Shown: positions 1 through 10,162, counted from the first letter of the stretch. The stretch is DNA of 64,000 nt from Candidatus Multivorans sp. (GCA_965224025.1 OZ245033.1:2112001-2176000), one strand, 5' to 3'. Translations and numbers: made by a program. The notes: a model not told the origin generated them from the sequence alone.

Positions 1-1
1 T

Positions 2-418
2 GGCGGAGCGGCTTCCGCGCGCCCCGATTTTGAAACACTGAAGGCGAAGGTTCTGAACAAACATGCGGCCGACCTCGACGCGGACGCACTGGCGGGTGCA
101 GTAACTCGGATGCGGCGTCAGGCCGTGCTGGCTGGCGAGGCGTCCCGCGCGCAGATTCTCACACGTCAGCAGGACCTGGAGCGGTTGCAGGCCCGTGAAC
201 AGGAACTGGAGTCGTCGCATCGGGAACGCGGCGCCGAGATCGTGCGGTTGCAGGTCCGTGAGCGGGAACTGGAGTCGTCGCATCGGCAGTGCGAAGTCGA
301 AGTCCTGAGGCTCTACGACCGTGAACAGGAGCTGCAGGCCGATGTCGAAGCCATGAAGGCGACCCGGGCCTGGCGGCTGCACGAGCGTCTCCAGAGATTC
401 CGTGGTTCCGGTGACTGA
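2..418 (+). CDS. 3' part of a protein with C-terminal coiled coil, probably a glycosyltransferase (5' end outside window)
   Basis: Frame open from base 2; 21-aa repeats (LQAREQELESSHR) ending MKATRAWRL; first gene of a glycosyltransferase run. Confidence 0.6.
   Translation, partial: GGAASARPDFETLKAKVLNKHAADLDADALAGAVTRMRRQAVLAGEASRAQILTRQQDLERLQAREQELESSHRERGAEIVRLQVRERELESSHRQCEVEVLRLYDREQELQADVEAMKATRAWRLHERLQRFRGSGD
181..335 (+). repeat. 63-bp coding tandem repeat, about 2.5 copies
   Basis: GCGGTTGCAGG..GGAACTGGAGTCGTCGCATCGG at 181 and 244; degenerate copy at ~307. Confidence 0.85.
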
Positions 419-467
419 CGGCTGGCTCGTTCGGGAACGAATGAGAGCGACTGGAGAATCGCCGTTG

Positions 468-1724
468 ATGCGTGTCGGTTTGGTGTGCAGCGAGGCGCTG
501 GGAGAGCGCGCGGCCGGCATCGGCATCCGCTACGTGGAGATGGCGTGCCGTCTTCCGGATTTGGGATTCCATGTCGTGCTTGTGTCGCCGTGGCGCTCAG
601 GGCAGTCGCCTGAGGTCAGGAGCGGGAAGGCTGAAGTGCGCAGGTTCGATTCCGCGCCGCTGTCCGAGCTGCTGGAGGGGTGTGACGTCGCGGTGGCTCA
701 GGGACAGCTGGCCAACGACGTCCTCCACGAGCTACCCAATTTGCCTACAGCGGTCGATCTCTACGATCCGTTCCTGGTCGAGAACCTGACCCACTTCGAC
801 ACCTTGGGCCTCGATCCCTACCGGAACGACCACCGGACTTGGGTCCATCAACTGTCTCGCGGCGACTTCTTTCTCTGTTCTTCGCCCGAGCAGCGGGCCT
901 ACTACCTGGGCTTTCTGACCGCCCTGGGAAGGGTGAACCCACACCGCTACCGCGATGATCCAGGCCTTTCCGGCCTCATTGTCGAGGCGCCCTTTGGAGT
1001 ACCGGATCCGTTGCCCGACTATCGGCCGCTGTTGCCGCCCCGCGCACCGGGCGAACGGCGGCTGTTGTTCGGCGGTTTGTACGACTGGTACGACCCGGCG
1101 CCTCTGCTGGAGGCCTTCGCCTCGTTGTCCGACCCGAACGCGCGCCTGGTCTTCGTTCGGCAGCCCCCGGGCGCGCAGGCGCCGCAGCGGCTGCTGGCGG
1201 AAGTGGAGGCGCGAAGTCGGTGTCAGGATTCGGACCGTATCGGCTTCCTGGAGTGGGTTCCGTTCGAGCGGCGCTACGATCTGCTGCGGGATGTGGACGC
1301 ACTAGCGGCCTGCCATCAACCCGGACTGGAAACCGACCTGTCGCTGCGCACGCGGTTCGTCGATGCACTCGCGGTCGGCTGTCCGGTGCTGACCACCGAG
1401 GGCGGTACCGTGCCCCGCCTGCTGCGGGAATGGGACGCCGGCCTTGTGGCTCCGTGCGGCGATGTCGACGCGCTGAAGGCCGGTCTCGCGGAGCTGGTCG
1501 CTGGCGGGGCGGAGGTCGAGGCGCGAGCTCGGCGAGGTCGCGAGCGAGCCGTGGCGACCTTTTCCTGGGAACGCTGTCTGGCCCCCCTGGCGGCCTTCCT
1601 GGAGTCTCCTCGCGTTGATCCCACGAAGGAGGAATTCGCTTTCAGGCCAGAGGCAGCGGCCCCCGCCGACGAACTGGGCTTCCGGTTGCGGCGCTGGTTT
1701 CGGACGCGTCTGGCGGGGGCGTAG
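468..1724 (+). CDS. Glycosyltransferase family 4 (GT-B)
   Basis: LLFGGLYDWYD, RTRFVDALAVGCPVLTT, FSWERCL; start chosen after GGAG. Confidence 0.8.
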   Translation: MRVGLVCSEALGERAAGIGIRYVEMACRLPDLGFHVVLVSPWRSGQSPEVRSGKAEVRRFDSAPLSELLEGCDVAVAQGQLANDVLHELPNLPTAVDLYDPFLVENLTHFDTLGLDPYRNDHRTWVHQLSRGDFFLCSSPEQRAYYLGFLTALGRVNPHRYRDDPGLSGLIVEAPFGVPDPLPDYRPLLPPRAPGERRLLFGGLYDWYDPAPLLEAFASLSDPNARLVFVRQPPGAQAPQRLLAEVEARSRCQDSDRIGFLEWVPFERRYDLLRDVDALAACHQPGLETDLSLRTRFVDALAVGCPVLTTEGGTVPRLLREWDAGLVAPCGDVDALKAGLAELVAGGAEVEARARRGRERAVATFSWERCLAPLAAFLESPRVDPTKEEFAFRPEAAAPADELGFRLRRWFRTRLAGA

Positions 1725-1738
1725 GCGACCGGCCGACG

Positions 1739-3091
1739 ATGAGTGGGCGTACCGTTGGTTGGAAGGGGATCGACAGCGTCGACGTGCTGGTGGTGAGCTG
1801 GAATGGCCGTCACCACCTGGAGACCTTGCTGCCGGCGCTTGAGGACCAGCGAGTTCCGGGCGTCGCGGTGAAAGTCAGGTTGTTCGACAACGGGTCGACC
1901 GACGGTACGGTGGCGTGGGTTCGATGCGCGCACCCGCGCGTGGATGTGCTGGCGAACCCGACCAATATCGGCTTCAGTGCCGCGAACAATCGACTGGCAG
2001 AGCAGAGCAGCGCGAGCGCGCTGGCGCTGGTCAACAACGACGCCCGGCCGCGGTCGGACTGGCTAGCCGAGCTGGTCATGGCGTTACGCGAGGCGCCGGC
2101 TGATGTCGCCGCGCTTTCTGGCTGCATCGTCGACTGGGAGGGTACCCGGCTGGACTTTGGCCGGGGCGTGATGACCTTCGACGGCCACGCGTTCCAACTC
2201 GACTACCACCGGCCCCTGGCAGAGGTCGAGATGCCGAAAGAGGGCAGCGAGTCGCTGTTTCCATGTGGCGGGAACATGATCGTCCGTCGTGACGCCTACC
2301 TGGCGGCAGGCGGTTTCGACGAGGCGTACTTCGCCTACCTGGAGGATGTCGATCTCGGTTGGCGCTTGTGGGCGGCTGGTGAGCGGGTGCTGTCCGTGCC
2401 GGGGGCAGTCGTGCATCATCGCTCGATGGCCACCAGCAAGCTGCTTGGGAACGCCAACCGGGGACTGCTCTTCGAGCGCAACGCCTATCTCACCGTGTTC
2501 AAGAACTACGATGCTGAACTGTGGCCGCGGCTGATGCCGGTCGTGCAAATGACGATGCTCGCCCGCGTCCAGCACTTGCTCGCCTACTGCAATCCCCACG
2601 GTCAGAAGTTGGCCGTCGACCCGTACAGCGTTCCGGCGGACGGGTTGGGCGGTGCGCCCACCGGGATTGTCGCCAAGGCCGGCGACGGTGGTGCGAGGCA
2701 GCGGCCGATCGTCGGCTCTGGACCGCGCGATGCCTGGGAGCGGCTGCGGTCCGTCGTCGCGCTTCGCACGAGACTCAGACGGTTCGCGCGGCCGCACGGT
2801 GGGCTGCCCGACGGCGTGCCTGCCATTGTCGACGAGCAGACTGTGGCTCAGGTGCGGGCGCTGTCTTCGATCGTCCGCGGACTGGACAGCGCGGTGGAAC
2901 GCCGTCACCGGATTCAGGCCAAACGGCGGCGGCCGGACGGTGAAATCTTCGAGCGTTTTCCGCTCTATCTGGTGCCGACCTATCCGGGCGACGAGCAGTT
3001 GTTCGAGAGCGTCGGTTTCGAGTCATTGTGGCCGGAAGGGCTGAAGTTGGTCCGTCGCAGCCTTGAGGAGGTCATGGACGTGGCGCGGTGA
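1739..3091 (+). CDS. Glycosyltransferase family 2
   Basis: VLVVSWNG, DNGSTDG, NIGFSAANN, LVNNDA, GGFDEAYFAYLEDVDLGWR. Confidence 0.9.
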   Translation: MSGRTVGWKGIDSVDVLVVSWNGRHHLETLLPALEDQRVPGVAVKVRLFDNGSTDGTVAWVRCAHPRVDVLANPTNIGFSAANNRLAEQSSASALALVNNDARPRSDWLAELVMALREAPADVAALSGCIVDWEGTRLDFGRGVMTFDGHAFQLDYHRPLAEVEMPKEGSESLFPCGGNMIVRRDAYLAAGGFDEAYFAYLEDVDLGWRLWAAGERVLSVPGAVVHHRSMATSKLLGNANRGLLFERNAYLTVFKNYDAELWPRLMPVVQMTMLARVQHLLAYCNPHGQKLAVDPYSVPADGLGGAPTGIVAKAGDGGARQRPIVGSGPRDAWERLRSVVALRTRLRRFARPHGGLPDGVPAIVDEQTVAQVRALSSIVRGLDSAVERRHRIQAKRRRPDGEIFERFPLYLVPTYPGDEQLFESVGFESLWPEGLKLVRRSLEEVMDVAR

Positions 3092-4068
3092 CCCGTCCGC
3101 CAGACTGGAGTGTCGTCATCCCGACATTCAACCGCCTTCCCGCGCTCAAGGAGGTTCTTGAGGCGTTGGACGGTCAGGAGGGGCCAAGATTCGAAATCAT
3201 CGTGGTGAACGACGGCAGTACCGACGGCACAGCCGTCTGGCTGGACGAATGTGCGGCTGTCCGCCACGGCGCCGTGCCCGGGCTGCGGGTCATCCACCAG
3301 CAGAACCAGGGGCCGGCTGTAGCGCGGAATCGAGGGGTGACGGCGGCGCGAGGGCGGTGGGTGGCCTTTCTTGGTGACGACACTGTCCCCGCGCCGGGAT
3401 GGTTGGCCGCGCACGACTGCGTCCAGAATGAAGATCTCGCCTGCTCTGTTCGGGCCTCGGGCGGCTGCGTCGGAGTCATCGGTCGTACGGACTGGCACCC
3501 GCGCATGCGCCGCACCCCGTTCCTCGACTACATCAACGAGCAGGGCCTCCAGTTCGGATTCGCCCTGATCGAGGACGAGGACAACGTGCCGTTCAACTTC
3601 TTCTACACGTCGAACCTGTCGGTCGACCAAGAGGCGATGGCCTCCGAGCCGTTTGATCCGGCATTTCCTTTCGCGGCCTGGGAGGATGTCGAGGCGGGCT
3701 ACAGGCTCGCGACGCAGGGCCTGCGTCTGCTCTACCGGCCCGTGGCTCAGGTCGCACACGACCATCCGACCGATCTGGCGCGGTTCGCGGAGCGGCAGTA
3801 CCGATCGGGATACTCGGCGATCGTGTTCTTCCGGCGCCACGAACAACTCGGCCCCTTTCTGGGGATGCGGAACGGTAAGCCCCCTTCTGCGGGCGGCGTC
3901 GGGGAGCGAGCTCTGCTATGGGCCCAGGAGCGGCTGGCCCGCGCGTTGCAACGAATGCCGATCAGACTGCCCCGGCTTTGGGAGAACACGATGAGACATC
4001 ACTATCTGGAAGGACTGAGGAACGGCTGGTCCGATGGCGTCGGTCTGGACCCGGGAGGTACATCATGA
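3088..4068 (+). CDS. Glycosyltransferase family 2
   Basis: SVVIPTFNR, VVNDGSTDGT, GPAVARNRG, FLGDD, WEDVE; GTGA overlap with upstream gene. Confidence 0.9.
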   Translation: MTRPPDWSVVIPTFNRLPALKEVLEALDGQEGPRFEIIVVNDGSTDGTAVWLDECAAVRHGAVPGLRVIHQQNQGPAVARNRGVTAARGRWVAFLGDDTVPAPGWLAAHDCVQNEDLACSVRASGGCVGVIGRTDWHPRMRRTPFLDYINEQGLQFGFALIEDEDNVPFNFFYTSNLSVDQEAMASEPFDPAFPFAAWEDVEAGYRLATQGLRLLYRPVAQVAHDHPTDLARFAERQYRSGYSAIVFFRRHEQLGPFLGMRNGKPPSAGGVGERALLWAQERLARALQRMPIRLPRLWENTMRHHYLEGLRNGWSDGVGLDPGGTS

Positions 4069-5006
4069 AAGGGCGCGGGTGCTACAGGCTGATCCGTCGG
4101 GGGTCGGCGCCGGCGGTTGCCGTCTTGTTTGGCTTCGGGTTGGCCGGGGGCGCGGAGGCGACTCCGGGCGGGCAAGGCCGCGTGGCCTCCGTCGCTCGTG
4201 CGGTTGCGGTCTCGGTACCGGTCGGTCTCGAAGCCCGCGACCGCGGCGAACGCCGGGAAGGCACCCGTGACGGACGCCGCAACCGCTCGCGGGTCGTCTA
4301 CCGTCCCTACTACGGTTCGTTCGGGTATGGCGGCTTCGGTTCCTTCTGGCCCTACTACTTCTCGCCCTACGCCTTCGGCCGGTACGGTCCCTATGCTTGG
4401 GGGCCGGGTCCGGTCGGCTTTGCTGTGCCGAACGCGGGCGCGCTGGATATCAACACGAGACCCAAGAAAGCGTCGGTCTACCTCGATGGCGAACTGGTCG
4501 GGCGCGTCGATTCGTTCGACGGCTTCCCTCGCTATCTCTGGTTGCGTGAGGGCAGCTACCGGTTGGCGATCTTCATGGAGGGTCATGAGACCCTCGAACG
4601 GAACATCAGCGTTCGCCCGGGCGTGGTGATCAAGATCGACGAAGATCTGGCGCCGGGTCACGCTGTTCAGCCGCAGCCGGCCGCGCCCGAACCTGTCGCC
4701 GAACGGACTGCGCCTGCCGGTGAGTCCTGGAGGGTCGAGAACCGCGGCCAGCCGATCGAGCAGGATCAGCGTAGCGAGCCGGCGCGCCTGATGGTCGAAG
4801 TGCAGCCCGCCGACGCGGTCGTGTACCTGGACGGGCGGCTGCTGGGTAGCGGCGCCCAACTCGCGAATCTCCATTCGCCTCTGATCATCGACCCGGGCGC
4901 CCACCGCATGGAGGTGACACGCCCCGGCTACGCGTCCGCGGTGCGCGCGTTCGAGGCCACCAAGGGCGAAGACGTGTCGCTGCGCATCGAACTCCGGCAG
5001 GAGTGA
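4065..5006 (+). CDS. Exported PEGA-domain protein
   Basis: Hydrophobic N-terminus, Tyr/Gly-rich segment, two PEGA-like repeats (ASVYLDGELVG; AVVYLDGRLLG); ATGA overlap. Confidence 0.75.
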   Translation: MKGRGCYRLIRRGSAPAVAVLFGFGLAGGAEATPGGQGRVASVARAVAVSVPVGLEARDRGERREGTRDGRRNRSRVVYRPYYGSFGYGGFGSFWPYYFSPYAFGRYGPYAWGPGPVGFAVPNAGALDINTRPKKASVYLDGELVGRVDSFDGFPRYLWLREGSYRLAIFMEGHETLERNISVRPGVVIKIDEDLAPGHAVQPQPAAPEPVAERTAPAGESWRVENRGQPIEQDQRSEPARLMVEVQPADAVVYLDGRLLGSGAQLANLHSPLIIDPGAHRMEVTRPGYASAVRAFEATKGEDVSLRIELRQE

Positions 5007-5057
5007 CGCCAGCCGGCGGTTCGCGAGGCCAAGAACCGGCCAAGAACCGCATCCGCT

Positions 5058-5086
5058 TGGACATAGAGAAGTTGCCATGCTACCAT
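5058..5086 (+). promoter_or_regulatory. Putative sigma70 promoter of ogt
   Basis: TGGACA-17 nt-TACCAT with TG extended -10. Confidence 0.45.
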
Positions 5087-5094
5087 GATTTGTT

Positions 5095-5664
5095 GTGGCC
5101 CAAGAAATCGTGAGGCCTGCGCAGGCGCCGGTCGGTGCGCCGGCTTGGCCTGCGGCGCGCACGGTTGAGCCACTCCGGGTCCTGATCCCTTCACCGCTCG
5201 GTTCCTTGGGGCTTGAGTTCGTGGGTCGGCTCGTGATTCGTCTGGTCATTGATCCGGCGGATGCGGAGAAGGCGCTGTTCCCCTCGCTCGGCGTGGTGCA
5301 GACGACCGACTTCATCGACGAGGCGCTGGGCAGGCTGTCCGAGTACTTGGCCGGCGCGCGGCGAAACCTCGATCTGCCCTACGACCTCGACCGGATCGGA
5401 TTGGACGCCCTCTCGCGCCGGATCTTCCAGGAGACGGCGCGGATTCCCTACGGTTTGACCCGCACCTACCGCAACGTGGCGACTTCATCCGGCCGGACCG
5501 GGGCGTATCGGCTGATCCGGTCGAAGCTGATGGCCAACCCGTTGCCGATCCTGGTGCCGTGCCACCGTGTCGTGCCGCGCCGGAGCGGCCCGGGTTCCTA
5601 CATCGGCGGCGCGGAACGCAAGGCCCAGCTACTCGCCCTGGAGCGGAGCAACACTGCCGGCTAA
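5095..5664 (+). CDS. ogt: Methylated-DNA--protein-cysteine methyltransferase
   Basis: IPYGLTRTY and NPLPILVPCHRVV active-site motif; start uncertain. Confidence 0.85.
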   Translation: MAQEIVRPAQAPVGAPAWPAARTVEPLRVLIPSPLGSLGLEFVGRLVIRLVIDPADAEKALFPSLGVVQTTDFIDEALGRLSEYLAGARRNLDLPYDLDRIGLDALSRRIFQETARIPYGLTRTYRNVATSSGRTGAYRLIRSKLMANPLPILVPCHRVVPRRSGPGSYIGGAERKAQLLALERSNTAG

Positions 5665-6585
5665 CTTTCTGGCATCCTCCCAGATCCCCTCGAGAGCCTG
5701 ATCGAAACCGCGCCGCGGATTCCAACCCAAGCCACCGAGACGGCGCCCGTCACCGCAGAGGACGGGAACGTCCGCGGGCCGCAGGCGGTCGGAATCCTCG
5801 CGGATTTCGGTCTCGACGCCGCTGATCTCAATCAGTCGCCGGAGCGCCGCGGCCACTTCGATCGCTTCGCCGCGGGCGATGTTGTAGGCGCGGCCCGGTT
5901 CGCCGCGCTCGACGAGGATGGCGTAAGCCGCGGCGCCGTCGTCGACGTGGATGAAATCGCGGCGTGAAGTCAGGTTGCCGACACGAAGCACGGGTTCCCT
6001 GCGCCCGGCCTCGATCTCCGCAAGCTGGGCGGCGAAGGAGGGCAGCGCGAACTGCACGCTCTGGCCGGGGCCGATCAGGTTGAAGGAACGCGCGGCGATG
6101 GCGCCCTGACCGAGGGTCAGCCGCTCTACGGCGGCCTTGGTCACCGCATACGGAGACCGGGGGCGGAGGGGCCGCTCCTCCCCGACGGGGAGTTCGCCCT
6201 CGGGGACCCGGCCGTAGACTTCGGCGCTCGAGGCGACGATCAGGCGGCACGAGTCGGAGATTGCCCGCGCCGCGGCGGCCACGACCTCGGAGCCCTCGAC
6301 GTTGACCCGGTAGTAGTCCTCGATTCGCTGCCAGGAGGCGCCGACGTCCGAAAGCCCGGCGAGGTGCACCACCGCGTCCGGCGCCTGCTCCCCCAAGACC
6401 CGTTCCACCGCGCCGCGGTCGCAGATGTCGAGTTCCACCCAGTCGCACCTGTCGTGCGGCTGCGTAGAGGCCGGGGCGGCGCCGGGGCCGTGGCAGGCGA
6501 TGACGGCGGCGCCGCGTTCGAGCAACCGGGGCACGAGGCGCCCGCCGACGAAGCCCTCCGCGCCGGTCACGAGAACGCGGGTCAT
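5629..6585 (-). CDS. NAD-dependent nucleotide-sugar reductase/dehydratase (Rmd/Gmd-like)
   Basis: VLVTGAEGFVG, VHLAGLSDV, SSAEVYG, SPYAVTK, RDFIHVDD. Confidence 0.85.
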   Translation of the reverse strand: MTRVLVTGAEGFVGGRLVPRLLERGAAVIACHGPGAAPASTQPHDRCDWVELDICDRGAVERVLGEQAPDAVVHLAGLSDVGASWQRIEDYYRVNVEGSEVVAAAARAISDSCRLIVASSAEVYGRVPEGELPVGEERPLRPRSPYAVTKAAVERLTLGQGAIAARSFNLIGPGQSVQFALPSFAAQLAEIEAGRREPVLRVGNLTSRRDFIHVDDGAAAYAILVERGEPGRAYNIARGEAIEVAAALRRLIEISGVETEIREDSDRLRPADVPVLCGDGRRLGGLGWNPRRGFDQALEGIWEDARKLAGSVAPLQGE

Positions 6586-7460
6586 GACTCGGCCTTGCCT
6601 TGCCGCAGGCGCTCGAAGTACTCGTCGAGACCGGGCCGCCAGCCCTCGACTTCGCGGTTCGTCAGAGCCTCAAACCTTGCCGTGTCCAGGACGGAGTACG
6701 CGGGCCGCACGGCCGGGCGGGTCAGCTCAGAGGACAAGGTAGGAGTGATTGGCACGTTCAGTCCCAGAGCATCGGCGATGGCGTCGGCGAAACCGTGCCA
6801 GGACGTCGCCGGCGTATTGCAGTAGTGGACGATACCGGAGGCGCCGGCGGCCGCGAGATCGACCAGCGCCCGCGCGAGGTAGGGGGCGTAGGTGGGGCAG
6901 CCGACCTGATCGGACACTACCCGCGGGGCCTTGCCCTGGCCGATGCGCGAAGCGATCGCCGAAACGAAGTTCCGACCCTCGGGGCCGAACACCCAGCTCG
7001 TGCGGACGACGAGACCGCCGGCGTCCAGAACACCCCGCTCGCCGCGGAGCTTCGAACGGCCGTAAACGGTCTGCGGCGCGGTGGCGTCACCCTCGCGGTA
7101 GGGCCGCCGGCCGCGGCCGTCGAACACATAGTCGGTGGAAACGTGGATCAGGCGGCAGTCGGAAGGCAAAGCCGCCGCCAGCCGCTCAGGCGCTCTGCCG
7201 TTGACCTCCATGGCCAGATCCAGGTTGCTCTCGCAGCCGTCGACATCGGTGTACGCCGCGCAGTTGTAGACGGCGCGGGTGCCGAACCGTGCGGCGAGTG
7301 CGGCGGTCCCCTCCGTATCGCAGAGGTCCGCGCGGCCACGGCCGACGGCGAGGACTTCCGTGCCACGCCGCCGAAGTTCGTCGGCGACCTCGCGTCCGAG
7401 CTGGCCTGCCGCCCCCAGCACGACGGCCTTGGGAGCGCCGCCGCCGGGGCCTTTGATCAC
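6582..7460 (-). CDS. rfbD: dTDP-4-dehydrorhamnose reductase
   Basis: GAAGQLG, NCAAYTDVDGCE, HVSTDYVFDG, YGRSKLRGE, DQVGCPT. Confidence 0.92.
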   Translation of the reverse strand: MIKGPGGGAPKAVVLGAAGQLGREVADELRRRGTEVLAVGRGRADLCDTEGTAALAARFGTRAVYNCAAYTDVDGCESNLDLAMEVNGRAPERLAAALPSDCRLIHVSTDYVFDGRGRRPYREGDATAPQTVYGRSKLRGERGVLDAGGLVVRTSWVFGPEGRNFVSAIASRIGQGKAPRVVSDQVGCPTYAPYLARALVDLAAAGASGIVHYCNTPATSWHGFADAIADALGLNVPITPTLSSELTRPAVRPAYSVLDTARFEALTNREVEGWRPGLDEYFERLRQGKAES

Positions 7461-9850
7461 AGCGTTTCGCTCTGGCCGCCAGTGATGTCGAAGAAGGAGC
7501 CGACGCTCTTGAGCGTGACCAGCAGCCGGTACTGTGTGTCCTGGCGCAGGGTGGTGCGGAAGTTGGCGACCTCCAGGCGGAGGCCGAAGCAGCAGGCCTG
7601 GTAGTCGATTACGTGGCGCTGCATCTGCAGGACGCTCTGCTCGATGTCGTAGCTCACCATGCTGTTCAGGCGGAGCTTGCTGGGGATCACTTCCAGTCCG
7701 GCCGAGACCTGTACGTGGTGGCGGCGCGTCCTGTCCAGTTCGGGATTGCGGCGCACCGCCCAGCGAAGACCGAGCGAACTCGTGTCGCCGACACCCAGGG
7801 TCGCCGAAATACCGGTCGAAGAGAACTGGGAGAACAGGGTGTCGTAGAGCGCGTCGAAGCGGATGCCGGTGCGCCGCGACGGATTGAACCGCACCAGGGC
7901 GCCGACCGGACCGTTCTGGCTGGTGACGGAGCGGTCCAGCGAGCGCAGCAACGGCTTCTCGCTGTCGAGCGACAGGTTCCGAAAGAACTCGACCGAGAGG
8001 ATCTCGAAGGCGCCGCCCTGTTCGGGATCGGCCGGCTTGGCGAGCAGACGGTTGAACAGGCTGAAGCGGGCGACATTGCTCCCGCGCAGGTTGTCGATCT
8101 CGTCGAACAGTGGGATTCGGAGACGATCGTCGAAGCCGTCGAAGTAGGCGTAGATGACGCGGGGCTCGATCACGTGCTTCATCCGCGAGAAGCGCCCGCC
8201 CTCCCCGAGATCGAAGATGCGTGAGAACCCGGGGCCGACGATCTCGGCGCGAGCGGTGGGTACCAGCCGCATCAGGTCCTCGCCTCGGAAGTCCGTGTCG
8301 CTCATCGCGGCCCTTCGTTCCTGGGCGGTCATCAGGCTGTCGCCGTACCAGGTCAGGTGACCGCCGGCGGTGAGCGACACGGACAGCCAGGTCGCCAGCG
8401 GTATGGGAACGCTGATCTCCGGCTCCAGATTGGCGCGCGCGTAGCGGCCCGTGCGTCGCGCCGAGCGGTTGGTGTCGAGATAGTGCAGCGAGCTCTTCAA
8501 CTTCACGTAGAGGGGCGAGTTGCCCAGCCGGGTGGAACGCAGCTTGTACTCGATCTCGGGCAGTTGGCGCAGTTGGATCTCGCGCTCAGCCGAGATGAAC
8601 GTCTTGCGTTGGTCGAGCTGGACATTGAGCGACTGGTTGCCCCAGTTCCCGCTGATGAAGGCGGTCGAGTAGAGCTGGCGCCGGCTGTTGCGGTCGACTC
8701 GGCGTTCGAAGTCGCGGAAGAAGTCGAAGTCGGATACGTCCTCGAAGCGCACGACGCCGCGGAATCCGCCGGGCAGTTGCTGCGACCGGTGGTTCCAGCG
8801 CATCCGCCAACGCTTCTCGCCCCGCTCCGTGTCGTCGATGAGGTAGCCGTCGAAGATGCCTTCGGTCCCCTCGCTGGGCCGGTAGCGGAACTCGGTTCCC
8901 GCGCCCCAGAAGGACCTTTCGGAGAACGAGTTCTCGGCGCCGGCCGGGGCGCCCTCGTAGAGGTCGACGTTGAAGGTGGCGTCGTAGCTCCTGTTGATGG
9001 CCCAGAAGTAGGCGATGCCGAGAGAAGGACCGCGGCGTGTGGAGAATCCGGGCTTCGGCATCAGGAAGCCGCTGACGCGGGATCTCTTTACAGGCCACAG
9101 CATGTAGGGCAGGTAGACGAGCGGCGCGTTCTTGGCGCGGAACGACACGCCGCGGGTCTTGGCGTAGCCGTTCGCGTTCACGTCGACCTTCCTGGCGCGG
9201 AAGCTCCAGTCCGGTACCTTGCCGTCCTCAGCCTCGCAGGCGGTGAACTGGGCGTCGAGGATCGTGAAGCGCTCGTCGCTGAGCTTGTGCACCGCGGCGC
9301 CGGTGAAGAAGTAGTCGGCGCCGAGGTTGCCCTCGACCTCGAAGATCGAGGCCGTTTCCGTCGCCAGATCGAGTTCGAGGCGAGACCCCCGGAGGACTTC
9401 GTTGCCGCGGATGAGAACGATCGACCCCTCGGCCCGGATCTGTTCGGTTTCCTGGTCGTAGAACAGCTCGTCGCCCCAAGCCCGGTAGTCGCGAAAACGG
9501 ACCGAGAACCCGCCCGACAGCGCATGTTCTCCCGGTTCTCCGATCGGGCCCTGCATGGAGCCGGCCCAGCCGGCGAGTTGCCCGCCCCCGGCCTCGTCTT
9601 CGATACCGAAGGAGAATGTGTTGGCACCGGCGGGTTGCGGTGGACCGGGGTCGGGTGGCTCTTCCGGAGTGGCCGTTTCGGCGGTTGATTCGTCGCCCGT
9701 AGCCTCGGCGGACTGATCCCCGTTTGGCTGGTCCTCGGCTGCTTGCTCCTGCTCTGCCGGCGATGTCTGCTCCTGAGCCGAGGCTGGGGCGATCAGATAA
9801 AAACCCAGCGCCAATGCGACGGTCAGGCGAGGGAAGTCATAGGTCGCCAT
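7457..9850 (-). CDS. lptD: LPS-assembly outer membrane protein LptD
   Basis: Signal peptide, FTAC, P-W-F-A motif, SGFLMP, beta-barrel body, KHVIEP, YQACCF near C-terminus. Confidence 0.85.
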   Translation of the reverse strand: MATYDFPRLTVALALGFYLIAPASAQEQTSPAEQEQAAEDQPNGDQSAEATGDESTAETATPEEPPDPGPPQPAGANTFSFGIEDEAGGGQLAGWAGSMQGPIGEPGEHALSGGFSVRFRDYRAWGDELFYDQETEQIRAEGSIVLIRGNEVLRGSRLELDLATETASIFEVEGNLGADYFFTGAAVHKLSDERFTILDAQFTACEAEDGKVPDWSFRARKVDVNANGYAKTRGVSFRAKNAPLVYLPYMLWPVKRSRVSGFLMPKPGFSTRRGPSLGIAYFWAINRSYDATFNVDLYEGAPAGAENSFSERSFWGAGTEFRYRPSEGTEGIFDGYLIDDTERGEKRWRMRWNHRSQQLPGGFRGVVRFEDVSDFDFFRDFERRVDRNSRRQLYSTAFISGNWGNQSLNVQLDQRKTFISAEREIQLRQLPEIEYKLRSTRLGNSPLYVKLKSSLHYLDTNRSARRTGRYARANLEPEISVPIPLATWLSVSLTAGGHLTWYGDSLMTAQERRAAMSDTDFRGEDLMRLVPTARAEIVGPGFSRIFDLGEGGRFSRMKHVIEPRVIYAYFDGFDDRLRIPLFDEIDNLRGSNVARFSLFNRLLAKPADPEQGGAFEILSVEFFRNLSLDSEKPLLRSLDRSVTSQNGPVGALVRFNPSRRTGIRFDALYDTLFSQFSSTGISATLGVGDTSSLGLRWAVRRNPELDRTRRHHVQVSAGLEVIPSKLRLNSMVSYDIEQSVLQMQRHVIDYQACCFGLRLEVANFRTTLRQDTQYRLLVTLKSVGSFFDITGGQSETL

Positions 9851-10070
9851 TGAGGCCCAGTTCGGCGAAGGCTTCGGTCAGGGGCCGCGCAGGCTGGTGG
9901 CGGATCCGCTTCAGGTGGTCGATGTCCTCGAGTTCTTCCAGTCGGTCGATCAGGGCCTCCTGGATGAAGTGGTTCATCACGATCTCATTTGAACGGCAGT
10001 AGCGCTCAACGGCGCGCTTGAGAACGGGGTCGATGCGGACACTGATCTGGGCCGCCTCCATGCCGGACAT
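9837..10070 (-). CDS. Ribbon-helix-helix antitoxin-like protein
   Basis: QISVRIDPVLKRAVERYC...IQEALIDRLEELED...EAFAELGL; overlaps lptD start. Confidence 0.65.
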   Translation of the reverse strand: MSGMEAAQISVRIDPVLKRAVERYCRSNEIVMNHFIQEALIDRLEELEDIDHLKRIRHQPARPLTEAFAELGLNGDL

Positions 10071-10162
10071 GCTAGCAATCGCTATGCCGGCGGGCCATGC
10101 CGGTAGGAGGTGGGCCCGTGCAGTTGACAGGCGTTGGCGGCCCGCTTCAAAGTGGCGGTGCT

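Noticed and set aside
5027-5048. Tandem GGCCAAGAACC x2 upstream of ogt
   Set aside because: Two copies only; no further support for a function
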